Source: a bacterium UBP13_UBA5359 (lineage in GTDB: Bacteria; UBP13; UBA5359). Taken from it: a stretch of 20,000 nucleotides of DNA. Position 1 is the first letter of the stretch. Each line of letters opens with the position of its first letter. The stretch is taken from NCBI GenBank assembly GCA_002410925.1, contig DHPR01000013.1, positions 56,995 to 76,994 on the forward strand. The letters run 5' to 3'. The notes below the pieces were generated by a model, which was not told the DNA's origin, ran no database searches, and saw nothing but the letters and a program-made list of their open reading frames with translations. Below are positions 8,909 through 17,677 of the stretch, in pieces. Both the position numbers and the translations under genes were made by a program.

Positions 8909-9207
8909 GCTTGACACTTTAACAGTTAAAAGGTAAAATGATAAATAATAGAGTAACAAGTTTCGTAAACGTTGGTAACTTCGCATATGCGATCAAGAAG
9001 TGCTGAAAAGATTTCGATATCGTATGTGGCCAGGCTGGCCATTATCAGCAAGGTCACTCTATCGAAGACGCTTAACGGCAAGCCGGCTCTTTTCGAGGAT
9101 ACGAGGACGAAAATCCGCCGTAACGGATATAGTCTTTATACCCGCATACAGAAGCTTGCCAAAGAGAAGCGAACCGGATCTACCCGCAGCATAGCATTTG
9201 TACTGGT
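8909..9207 (+). repeat. Diverged direct repeat of 16491-16800 (lacI promoter + 5' coding region)
   Basis: Manual alignment: 61/65 identity over promoter/leader, about 102/135 over the first 45 codons, a 12-bp in-frame deletion, then 38/39 at the 3' end. Confidence 0.95.
8911..8939 (+). promoter_or_regulatory. Sigma70 promoter (copy 1) with palindrome in the spacer
   Basis: TTGACA-N17-TAAAAT; TTTAAC-A-GTTAAA at 8918-8930. Confidence 0.85.
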
Positions 9208-9283
9208 GAACGCGGTTGTACCTTTGAAAGCTTGGGTTGCGCTCGAAGCAATATTCATGCGTTGTCGCGATATTGCGGCATAA
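8987..9283 (+). pseudogene. Truncated, degenerate LacI-family HTH fragment
   Basis: ISISYVARLAIISKVTLSKTLNG...TGSTRSIAFVLV aligns to the intact LacI N-terminus; RBS lost, VCEE deleted, mostly non-synonymous changes, no ligand-binding domain. Confidence 0.85.
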
Positions 9284-9294
9284 GGAGGAAGAGA

Positions 9295-12200
9295 ATGTTC
9301 TATTCAAGAGTTACCGGAGTTACCGGAAAAGCAAGTTGCCTGCCTATTGTTGTGGTGAGAGCCTTTCTCGCTATTTTAGCTGTAATTATGGTAAGTATTT
9401 TTAGCGGACCGGCAAATGCCGATTTGCCTGAAACGCTGCTGCACTTCACTTCCCCTGATGCCGATAAGGGAAAGGATTACAAGGTTGTTAGAAAGGTGGT
9501 CATTGACAGCGGCCTACCTTCTGATGAAGGAACTGTCGAAATGTGGGTCTGTCCATGGGGCTGGGAATCCGGTGAAGGGAAGTGGCATTTCTTCCTTGAG
9601 GCAGGCAATAACACGGGCCCCGCATTGCCGCGAGTGCTCCTTTACAAGTTTCCTGATGACAATTTGCGGCTTCTATGGCAGCAAAGCGCCACGGAAAAGA
9701 AAGCCATCGATATCCTGAAAAAGGTTGAATTCGAGGCCGACAAGTGGCATCATTTGGCCTTTACCTGGAAGCAGGGAAGCGGGAAATGCGATCTCTCTCT
9801 CTATTTTGATGGCAAATTGCTGGGGCGACGCACAGGCGCTTTCGAATTGGATATGAAGGCTTTTTCGGGTGTATTGCACCTGGGCGACGCCAAGGGCTGG
9901 AACCCTGCAAGCGATCACGGCACTGCAATTAAAGACCTGCTGGTTCTGGATAAGGCTCTCTCCGCTGAGCAGATTGTGGCCGAAGCAAAAAAAGCTGATG
10001 TAGCTCGCGGTTTTTCTTCTATCGAGGGAATTCCGGGAGTGAAGAACGGCTTTTCCGCGCTCTGTTACGGAGCAACGCAGTATTGCTGGCAGGTTGATTA
10101 TTTCGATGACAGGGGTAATAAAATAGGTAATGAATCTTTCACCTTCCGGTCCTGCAACAAGGCTGCTTCATCGCTGCCGACAGCATTTGATTTTACGCCT
10201 CCTCCGTATACCGTAAAAACGCTCTTCAGCCTTGAAAGCGAAGCTGAAGAAGGCTCTGTCGGATTTGCAAACGCAGTGGTCAAACCCGGAACGTTTGTGC
10301 GCAAAATGCCGCAGCATTACTGGAAAGGCTGTTGGATATGGGATGATGCTCCCGTTATGGCCGATGTTCACCTATATTTGCGGCATACTTTTACCATTGA
10401 CGATCCCGCCGTCGTTGAGGAGGCGCGTTTTCAATGGCTGACCGATGAATTTTCAGAAATTTTTCTTAACGGCAAATATATAGGCAGGGTAACATCCTGG
10501 GCCAGACCGACGCTAAGCGAAGACGTCAAACGATATTTGAGAAAAGGTACGAATATCATTGCCGTCAAAGCTTATAATCAAGCGGGTGCGGCAGCCTTTC
10601 TGTGTGAATTGACGATCAACTACAGCGACCGCAGCGATTACATCTGCAGCAATACCGATTGGAAGGTATCTTCCACTGCGCCTGATGGGTGGGACCTGCC
10701 CGGTTTTGATGATACTTCCTGGCAGCAGGCCACCTGCAAGGTAATTATCCCTCGCAATCCTTATGGGCTTGTGCCTTACACTTACTTTGGCCGCAAGCAG
10801 AAGGCGGAGATAATTCCCCTGACCGCTTCATTGCGTGTGCAAGGCGAAGGGAAGCAGAAAATTGCAATTACAATAAAGAGCGAAGGCAATTTTGCCGATG
10901 AAGAGGCGACGGTTTCGCTGCACAGAGGCAATTATATGGTAGCCTCAAAGAGGTCTTTCTTTAAGCAACATCAGCCTGGTCTTTTCTGCCTGTCAACCGT
11001 ATTCGATTTTCCGTCCGATGCTGATAAGGGAATATATATCATAAAGGTCGGCAGCCCGGTACTGCAGCTCACGAGCGGCAATGTCGCCGGTACAATAGAA
11101 TACAGTCCTTCATCCGCCGGCAGCAAGAGAACAGTGGCCGTCATAAAGCCTGTAGACGGCATACCGCGTCTGTTGATCAACGGCAAGCCAATCCCTTTCG
11201 TAACTTATCGCCTGGGCACTGACCACCGTAGCGATCATACGGCTTACTTGAATGATTTTTATGATGCCGGAGTCAAGATCATCGAACTCGATATCCCGCT
11301 TTACCGTGTCTGGAAATCCCAGGATAAGATAGATCTCGATATGGTCGATTCCATACTGGATGAAGTGCTCTTTGCTGCTCCGAAAACACAGCTGATAATT
11401 TCATTCAGCATTTATGCTCCTGAGTGGTGGAAGCGCTTGCATAAAGATGAGATGACCGCCTTCGAGGATGGTGTGTGGCCGCAGGTTTCCTATGCTTCCA
11501 GGCTTTTTCTCAATGACTCCGAGCGTGCGCTTGGAAGCATAATAAAGCATATCGAAAACAGAAGATGCGCAAACAAGATTATTGGTTACTATCTTGCCGG
11601 CGGCGAAGATGGCCAATGGATGCTATGGGTAGAGGGCGGCAGCGGAGCCATGGTAACTCGCGATAAAAAAAGGCTTAGCGATTATAGTAAACCGATGCGG
11701 GAATACTTTCACAGCTGGCTGCAGCGCAAATACGGCTATATCGGCAACCTTAACCGTGCCTGGGGAACTAACATTGCGGATTTCCGGTCTGTTCCGCTTC
11801 CCGAAGCGAGCATTCGTAAATCTGTTGACGGCGGGTTCTTCTATGACCCTCAAAAGCAGATGAATGTAATAGATTTCCAGCAGGCGCTCTCCGATTCCGT
11901 TACGGATGCTATTCTTCGTTACAGCGGTCTGATAAAACAATTGACCGGGAATAGAAAGACGGTTGGCGCCTACTACGGCAAGATATTTACTATTGGAGGG
12001 CATAACGAATGGGCTGAATTCGGCTTCGGCCGTCTTGTGCATTCAAAAGAGATAGATTATTTCTCTGGCCCGTCATATTTCCAACGTCAGCCGGGTAGTC
12101 CTCACTCGTCCAGCGCACCGCTGGCAGCCATAGCGCTTCACGGTAAGATGTATGTCGATGAGGCCGATCTTCGCACCTATGCGGGAGGAGCCGGAAGCTG

Positions 12201-13215
12201 GGCATATACTGGCAACCCTTGGGATACAGTTAACACTATCAGGAAGATGTTCGCTCTGAATGCAGTGGAGAACCAGGCGATCCGCTGGTTTGATATTCAT
12301 CCCGGTGAATTTGCAGATCCGGCTATTATGCGCGCCGTAACCGATATGAGCCGAATCGCGGCTAAGGCCGTTACATGGCCGGCTAAAAGTGCCGAGGTTG
12401 CGGTTATTGTAAGTGAGCAGAGCATGACCTGTACCAGCATGGAAGCCAACGATTATATGGGGCGTGCAGTCAGAAATCAGTGGGGAGGCATATTCTACAG
12501 GATTGGTGCTCCGGTGGATTTCTACATGCTTGACGATTTGCGGCATTCCGATTTTCCAGCATATAAGATGTATATCTTTCTGAACGCCTGGTCTATAGAT
12601 GCCGGCTTGAAGAGCACCCTTAAACGTTTACAGAAGAATGGATCCGTCTTTGTCTGGTTTCACGCTCCGGGCATTATCACCGATGGAGAGCTGAACGTCG
12701 ACAACGTTGGAGATCTAACCGGCATCAGGATCAAACGCCTTACCGATACCGCTGCCATGGTGCAGTATAGCCCGCAGAGCGATATTCCATTTCTATCACA
12801 AATCAAGCCGATGGTTTCCGGCCTGTCCGGTATTAATACCCTCTATTATCCTGAGGGAGGCGAGTCTATAACCTTTGGGAGTCTTGGCAGTTATCCGTCC
12901 GGCGCTTTCAGAGATCTCGGTACCTGGAAATCGATCTACTTCAGCGCTCCCGCAATGACACCGGAGTTGTTCAGGAAGATCGCCAGGTATGCCGGCTGCC
13001 ACATATATAGTCAAAACAGTCATGACATGATCTATGCGGGCAGCGGTATGATAGGCATTCACACCGCTGTCAAAGGCCTGAAAAAGATCGATTTGCCGGC
13101 AGAGTATATTCTCAAAGATCTTATATCCGGCGAAATAATCAACGGCAAAAAGAGCAATAGCATAGAGCTTCTCATGGATGCCGGTGAGACCAGGCTCTTT
13201 GAATTGGTCCCCTGA
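9295..13215 (+). CDS. Large secreted multidomain glycoside hydrolase: LamG-like jellyroll, beta-sandwich domains, GH42/clan GH-A-like barrel, trimerisation-like domain
   Basis: AAGGAGGA RBS before ATG 9295; hydrophobic signal ending ANA-D; EGTVEMWV..KWHHLAFTW..LYFDGKL (LamG); WIW..LYLRHTF..IFLNGK..LRKGTNIIAV; PRLLINGKP..APEWW..SYAS..IIGYYLAGGEDGQW..DYS..LNRAWG (GH42-like). Exact family and substrate uncertain. Confidence 0.75.
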   Translation: MFYSRVTGVTGKASCLPIVVVRAFLAILAVIMVSIFSGPANADLPETLLHFTSPDADKGKDYKVVRKVVIDSGLPSDEGTVEMWVCPWGWESGEGKWHFFLEAGNNTGPALPRVLLYKFPDDNLRLLWQQSATEKKAIDILKKVEFEADKWHHLAFTWKQGSGKCDLSLYFDGKLLGRRTGAFELDMKAFSGVLHLGDAKGWNPASDHGTAIKDLLVLDKALSAEQIVAEAKKADVARGFSSIEGIPGVKNGFSALCYGATQYCWQVDYFDDRGNKIGNESFTFRSCNKAASSLPTAFDFTPPPYTVKTLFSLESEAEEGSVGFANAVVKPGTFVRKMPQHYWKGCWIWDDAPVMADVHLYLRHTFTIDDPAVVEEARFQWLTDEFSEIFLNGKYIGRVTSWARPTLSEDVKRYLRKGTNIIAVKAYNQAGAAAFLCELTINYSDRSDYICSNTDWKVSSTAPDGWDLPGFDDTSWQQATCKVIIPRNPYGLVPYTYFGRKQKAEIIPLTASLRVQGEGKQKIAITIKSEGNFADEEATVSLHRGNYMVASKRSFFKQHQPGLFCLSTVFDFPSDADKGIYIIKVGSPVLQLTSGNVAGTIEYSPSSAGSKRTVAVIKPVDGIPRLLINGKPIPFVTYRLGTDHRSDHTAYLNDFYDAGVKIIELDIPLYRVWKSQDKIDLDMVDSILDEVLFAAPKTQLIISFSIYAPEWWKRLHKDEMTAFEDGVWPQVSYASRLFLNDSERALGSIIKHIENRRCANKIIGYYLAGGEDGQWMLWVEGGSGAMVTRDKKRLSDYSKPMREYFHSWLQRKYGYIGNLNRAWGTNIADFRSVPLPEASIRKSVDGGFFYDPQKQMNVIDFQQALSDSVTDAILRYSGLIKQLTGNRKTVGAYYGKIFTIGGHNEWAEFGFGRLVHSKEIDYFSGPSYFQRQPGSPHSSSAPLAAIALHGKMYVDEADLRTYAGGAGSWAYTGNPWDTVNTIRKMFALNAVENQAIRWFDIHPGEFADPAIMRAVTDMSRIAAKAVTWPAKSAEVAVIVSEQSMTCTSMEANDYMGRAVRNQWGGIFYRIGAPVDFYMLDDLRHSDFPAYKMYIFLNAWSIDAGLKSTLKRLQKNGSVFVWFHAPGIITDGELNVDNVGDLTGIRIKRLTDTAAMVQYSPQSDIPFLSQIKPMVSGLSGINTLYYPEGGESITFGSLGSYPSGAFRDLGTWKSIYFSAPAMTPELFRKIARYAGCHIYSQNSHDMIYAGSGMIGIHTAVKGLKKIDLPAEYILKDLISGEIINGKKSNSIELLMDAGETRLFELVP

Positions 13216-13460
13216 AGGATCTTTACTTTATCGTCTGCTGCGGCACTCCGGCCAGCCTACGATAAGAGCTGGCCGAGCGGGAGGATATCGAGCCGCTGCA
13301 TACGTAATCAAGCATAGCCTTGCTATCGGCCTTTGCCATCCTCTCTCTTCGGCTGCAAAGGAACCGAAGGCGGCAGAGTGGAACTGCGTAATTCGGCAGG
13401 AAGAGCAGAACGCAAAACAATGAGCAGCATCGCATGCAATGCAAGAATGAGGGAGTTAAG

Positions 13461-16415
13461 ATGAGCGAATTACAGAACAAGAATAGCGCGCTGAATAGAG
13501 TAATACCGCGCATATCCGTACAATATTTTCTTAACCACAATTTAGAGGCCGACGAGGTGGCAAGCCAGGTAGAAGCGATGGCCCGGGCAGGTATTGAGTG
13601 TATACTATTGCATCCGAGACAGGGGCTTAAAACCCCCTGGCTTTCAAAACGATGGCAGGAGATAGTGCAATCAATATATAGAAAAGCCGCCGAATGCGGC
13701 GTCGGGATAGCTATATGGGATGAGTATCCCTTTCCCAGTGGCAATGCCGGAGGCTTGCTTGTTTCCGAACATCCGGAGCTTGTCGGCAGGCATCTCGAAT
13801 TTCTCGTTTACCCGATAATAGCGGAGAAGCATATCTATAAATTCGTAAGCGATGACAATTCTCAGGAACTCGGGCATCTGCTCGGTGGCTATGTGGTGCA
13901 CCAGGGAGAAGTGATGGATTTTAGCGAAAGGTGTGGATTGGTAGATAGCAAGGAGGATACCAGAAGGCGCATCCAGCATGCCGATTACCAGCCTTCCATC
14001 TTTCCTTATCAATATCCTCATTTCCGGTGGGCCTCCATGGATCATCGCCATGCTATGTATCTTGAGGATCCCGAACGCTTTGCCGGCGGCTATGTGATCG
14101 GCGTGGCGGCATACAGCAATTTGCAACATCGGTATTACGCACAAAGTGATCTTCTTAACAAACAGACTTTGGAAAAGTACGTGGAAAAGGTCCATACATA
14201 TTACAACGATCTGGCCACAGAAGATGGATGCCTGCCATACTATGCTTTTACCGACGAGCCCGGCCCCAGTGGTTCCTATCCCTGGACACCTTCCTTCTTC
14301 GATGAGTTTCAAAAGGATCATGGTTACGAACTGAAGCCTTTGATGCCTCACCTCAGCTTTGATATCAACGATATCAGCATCCAGGTCAGAAGGGATTACA
14401 GGAAGACACAGGCACGATTATTTGCAGAGAACTATCTCGGTACTATAGCAGGGTGGTGCCGCAAGCATGGCATGCGCTTAGGGGGACATCTGCCAAGGCT
14501 TGAGATGATAGGTGAATGCGATAATTTCCCGTACAAGTTCAGGGCGTGCAGCTATATGGACATTCCTACTCACGATCCATTGGGCAGCAATACATGCAAA
14601 AAGGATCTTGTATTGCGCACGATAGCCATGAAAATTGCCGTCTCTGCATCCAGGATCTTTGGCAAAAAGGATGTCCTTACCGATAGTTTTGCTCTGCTTC
14701 CCGATTCGGCGTCGATAAGGGAGATAAAGAACTCTGCTGATTGGCAGATGTTTGCCGGTGTAAACTGCTTTGCTATTCACAATTTCTCTTATTCCATTGC
14801 CGGAGCGCGCAAGGATGAGGCACCGCCTTCTTACTTTTATCATCAGCCATGGTTTTCCATGATGAAAGACCTGACAGGCTATATGAGCGAAACGTGCGAG
14901 TATTTACGGGAAGCATTATTCCCCTCCGAAGTGGCCATAATTCTGCCGGAGACCACAGTCAACGCCTTTTCCGGCAGCCCTGAAGAACATCGAAAGCGCC
15001 GTCAGGAGATAACAGAAACCTATATTGCGCTTGGAGGAGCACTTCTCGATGCTCGGGTTGCATTTGAATTTACGGATGAAAGAGGTGTTTGCGAGGCCGA
15101 AACGAGTGACGGATTTCTGAAGCTGTCATCGCTGCGTTTCAAGTGGGTCCTGCTCCCCGATTTAAGCTATATTGAGGAAGAAACGGCTGTAAAGCTGGAG
15201 AAGGCCGCTGCTTCCGGCATAAAAGTCGTCTGCGTAGGCAGGAAGCCCATGCTTGTATCCTGCAAGGGAGAGAAGAAGATATGTGCATGGGATGCCACCG
15301 GAATAAGCTTCTGTGCGATGGAGGATATCGGCAATCTGGTTTTTGACGACTTCGATGTGAGGGGCGGAACAGAGGGTACAGAGAGTATCTGGGCCTCAAG
15401 AGTTATAAAAGATGGCGTGGAGGGAACGTATCTCTTTAACGCATCAAACCGCTTGTTCGATGGCTTCGTTAGAGAAAGCAGGGTTGTTCTTTATCCTTAC
15501 AGCGGGCTTCTTATAAGGGATATAAGCGCAATTGACCAGATTGCGGCTACCGGTGGTCTAAGTGCCCTGGAGAGCGGCGATTGCAAGATTATCGACCGTT
15601 TCAGGGTTGCCTTCAACAACAATCAATGTCCGCTCTATGTGTGGCAGGTTATACCATGCGCCGATCTCGATAGGGGGGGCGTCTGGGAGAGGTCTCCTGC
15701 CATAAATCTAATGGAGGAGAGGACCGTTGAACGGCTGAAAAGCGATACATATTACTTTTCCAGATTTATCACCGGCGGGGCAATCGATAATCTGAGACTT
15801 ATTATTGAACCACTGGAAGACGGCATATTGCCGGATATCTGGTGGAACGATCATAAGCTGGAAGGATTTGAGATGACTTCCGACTTTGACATATTCAATT
15901 ACAGTCTTTCTATACCCCGGGAATACTTCTGTAAAGATGCTCCTCAGTTGCATATATTGAAGGTAAAGGTGCCTGAAGGATCTTTTGGCTTTTGCGATGC
16001 ACCTGTGCTCGTGGGCGATTTTGAAGTCTCCATCGATCATGCGCTGCATGGCATGCCAAGATTAGATTCTCATAATGGTATATATGATAACGCGCTGCCT
16101 GCAAGCTGGAGTTCCTTTGGTCGAATGTTTTACTCAGGCGATTCCCTTTACAGCTTCGATATCGAGGTCGACGAAGAAAGCAGCCGCAAGGATTGCTGGA
16201 TGCGCCTGGGAGAAGTGGAAGCCCTGGCAGAGGTCAGTGTGGATGGAGCTTTAAAATGCCGTTCATTCAGCCCTCCTTACACGGTTTGTATGGGACGATT
16301 ACCAAAGGGTAGGCACAAAGTGGAGATAAGGGTAATAAACACTCTTGCCAACCGCTTGCGTTGTCAATGGCGCAAATCAGGGCTGTTGAGCGAGGTAGAG
16401 GTGTACTTTTCGTGA
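13461..16415 (+). CDS. Divergent GH106-like glycoside hydrolase, cytoplasmic
   Basis: LHPRQGL..WLS..W, IWDEYPFPSGNAGG, AFTDEP, YPWT..FF.EF..DHGY, ARKDEAPPSYFYHQPW, FYSG..Y, NTLAN..SGLL; GAGGGAG RBS before ATG 13461. Confidence 0.8.
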   Translation: MSELQNKNSALNRVIPRISVQYFLNHNLEADEVASQVEAMARAGIECILLHPRQGLKTPWLSKRWQEIVQSIYRKAAECGVGIAIWDEYPFPSGNAGGLLVSEHPELVGRHLEFLVYPIIAEKHIYKFVSDDNSQELGHLLGGYVVHQGEVMDFSERCGLVDSKEDTRRRIQHADYQPSIFPYQYPHFRWASMDHRHAMYLEDPERFAGGYVIGVAAYSNLQHRYYAQSDLLNKQTLEKYVEKVHTYYNDLATEDGCLPYYAFTDEPGPSGSYPWTPSFFDEFQKDHGYELKPLMPHLSFDINDISIQVRRDYRKTQARLFAENYLGTIAGWCRKHGMRLGGHLPRLEMIGECDNFPYKFRACSYMDIPTHDPLGSNTCKKDLVLRTIAMKIAVSASRIFGKKDVLTDSFALLPDSASIREIKNSADWQMFAGVNCFAIHNFSYSIAGARKDEAPPSYFYHQPWFSMMKDLTGYMSETCEYLREALFPSEVAIILPETTVNAFSGSPEEHRKRRQEITETYIALGGALLDARVAFEFTDERGVCEAETSDGFLKLSSLRFKWVLLPDLSYIEEETAVKLEKAAASGIKVVCVGRKPMLVSCKGEKKICAWDATGISFCAMEDIGNLVFDDFDVRGGTEGTESIWASRVIKDGVEGTYLFNASNRLFDGFVRESRVVLYPYSGLLIRDISAIDQIAATGGLSALESGDCKIIDRFRVAFNNNQCPLYVWQVIPCADLDRGGVWERSPAINLMEERTVERLKSDTYYFSRFITGGAIDNLRLIIEPLEDGILPDIWWNDHKLEGFEMTSDFDIFNYSLSIPREYFCKDAPQLHILKVKVPEGSFGFCDAPVLVGDFEVSIDHALHGMPRLDSHNGIYDNALPASWSSFGRMFYSGDSLYSFDIEVDEESSRKDCWMRLGEVEALAEVSVDGALKCRSFSPPYTVCMGRLPKGRHKVEIRVINTLANRLRCQWRKSGLLSEVEVYFS

Positions 16416-16492
16416 AAATTGCATGAATACAAAAGAGCAGGAGAAATCATGCCGTTCAGCCCGTATGTCGGCACATCAACGCCTACATGCGC

Positions 16493-16521
16493 TTGACACT
16501 TTAACTGTTAAAAGGTAAAAT
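16493..16521 (+). promoter_or_regulatory. Sigma70 promoter of the LacI gene (copy 2)
   Basis: TTGACA-N17-TAAAAT with TTTAAC-T-GTTAAA in the spacer; leader block GTAACAAGTTTCGTAAACGTT (16535-16555) identical to 8953-8973. Confidence 0.85.
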
Positions 16522-16567
16522 GATGAATAACAGGGTAACAAGTTTCGTAAACGTTAGGGAGCTTGCT

Positions 16568-17599
16568 ATGCGATCTGAAAACTCTAAAACAATTTCGATG
16601 GCGGACGTGGCCAGGCTGGCTCTTGTCAGCAAGGCCACCGTGTCGAAGGTACTTAACGGCAAACCGGGCGTTTCCGAGGATACGAGGGCGAGGGTTCGCC
16701 GTGTTTGCGAAGAAAACGGATATCGTCTTAATACCAGCATACAGGACCTTGTCAGAGAGAGGCGAACCGGATCTACCCGCAGCATAGCATTCGTACTGGT
16801 AGGCAAAGAATTCTCCGATCCCGCTTATTCCCGGTTCATCGATGGAATAGCCGGATGCGCTGCGGAAAATAATTTCCACCTTGTTTTTACGAGCCTTACC
16901 GGCAATGAAACGCTGATGTATGATCTTCCGCCCATACTCAGAGACGGAAGAGTCGACGGGTTGCTGATTTCGGGCACACTGACATCCAAGACTATCGCCA
17001 TAGTCCATAAATTGGGCATACCTCATGTGGTGCTGGGTAATTACAGCAGCAGCATAAAAGGCCATTCACCCGTTGTGGAAATAAACTTGAGCATAGGTAT
17101 TTACAAAGCATTTGAGCAGCTTAAACTTGCCGATAAAAGAAGAATAGCTTTCTTTGATGAGGATCTGAATCGCTATCTGAATAAAACAATCTTTGAGGCC
17201 TTCAAGGCTTCCCTGCAGGAGAACGACCTTACGTTCTATCAGGATCTGGTATATGTAGGCGCAGGCAGTATGGCGGGGGCTTTTTCCGCATTGAAAGATC
17301 TATTCAGCGCTGATAAGCTACCGTTTGATGCTATTTTTTGCCATGATTTCAGGGTTGCCAGTGAGATAAGCCATTTGATAACCGGACGTTTTGGGCTTAA
17401 AGGAGCGATAGATATCATACTTGTAACCTCGAGACCTTACTCTTATTACAGGCTTCCGGTACCCGCCGTATACATCGACGACAACATGGATTCTATCGCT
17501 TACAGCGGTACGAATTTACTGCTTGCAGCTATTATGCAGGGCGAAGATATCAGTGACCAGAATATACTGATAAAGTCTACCGTGGAGGTTTCTCTTTAA
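16568..17599 (+). CDS. LacI/GalR-family transcriptional repressor
   Basis: ISMADVARLALVSKATVSKVLNG HTH, VSEDTRARV, periplasmic-binding-fold domain (RVDGLLI, FDAIFCHD). The listed ATG 16520 lies inside the -10 box; AGGGAG RBS supports 16568. Confidence 0.95.
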   Translation: MRSENSKTISMADVARLALVSKATVSKVLNGKPGVSEDTRARVRRVCEENGYRLNTSIQDLVRERRTGSTRSIAFVLVGKEFSDPAYSRFIDGIAGCAAENNFHLVFTSLTGNETLMYDLPPILRDGRVDGLLISGTLTSKTIAIVHKLGIPHVVLGNYSSSIKGHSPVVEINLSIGIYKAFEQLKLADKRRIAFFDEDLNRYLNKTIFEAFKASLQENDLTFYQDLVYVGAGSMAGAFSALKDLFSADKLPFDAIFCHDFRVASEISHLITGRFGLKGAIDIILVTSRPYSYYRLPVPAVYIDDNMDSIAYSGTNLLLAAIMQGEDISDQNILIKSTVEVSL

Positions 17600-17677
17600 G
17601 CCTTTGAAATATTCTATGATATTTTAAGGAATAATGTCTGCTGGATAACAAAACTATTAAAGTAAAGGATGTGCGAA

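Noticed and set aside
9308-9327. 9-bp tandem duplication GAGTTACCG x2 near the start of the large glycosidase
   Set aside because: In-frame two-copy microduplication in a signal-peptide n-region; resemblance to a LacI operator half-site is too weak to call.
13178-13744. 81-aa (+) and 173-aa (-) ORFs spanning the intergenic spacer
   Set aside because: They overlap flanking genes, have no convincing RBS and no recognisable motifs.
4676-16104. Many 60-230 aa antisense or alternate-frame ORFs inside the URO-D-like and glycosidase genes
   Set aside because: They overlap well-supported genes and show no domain motifs.
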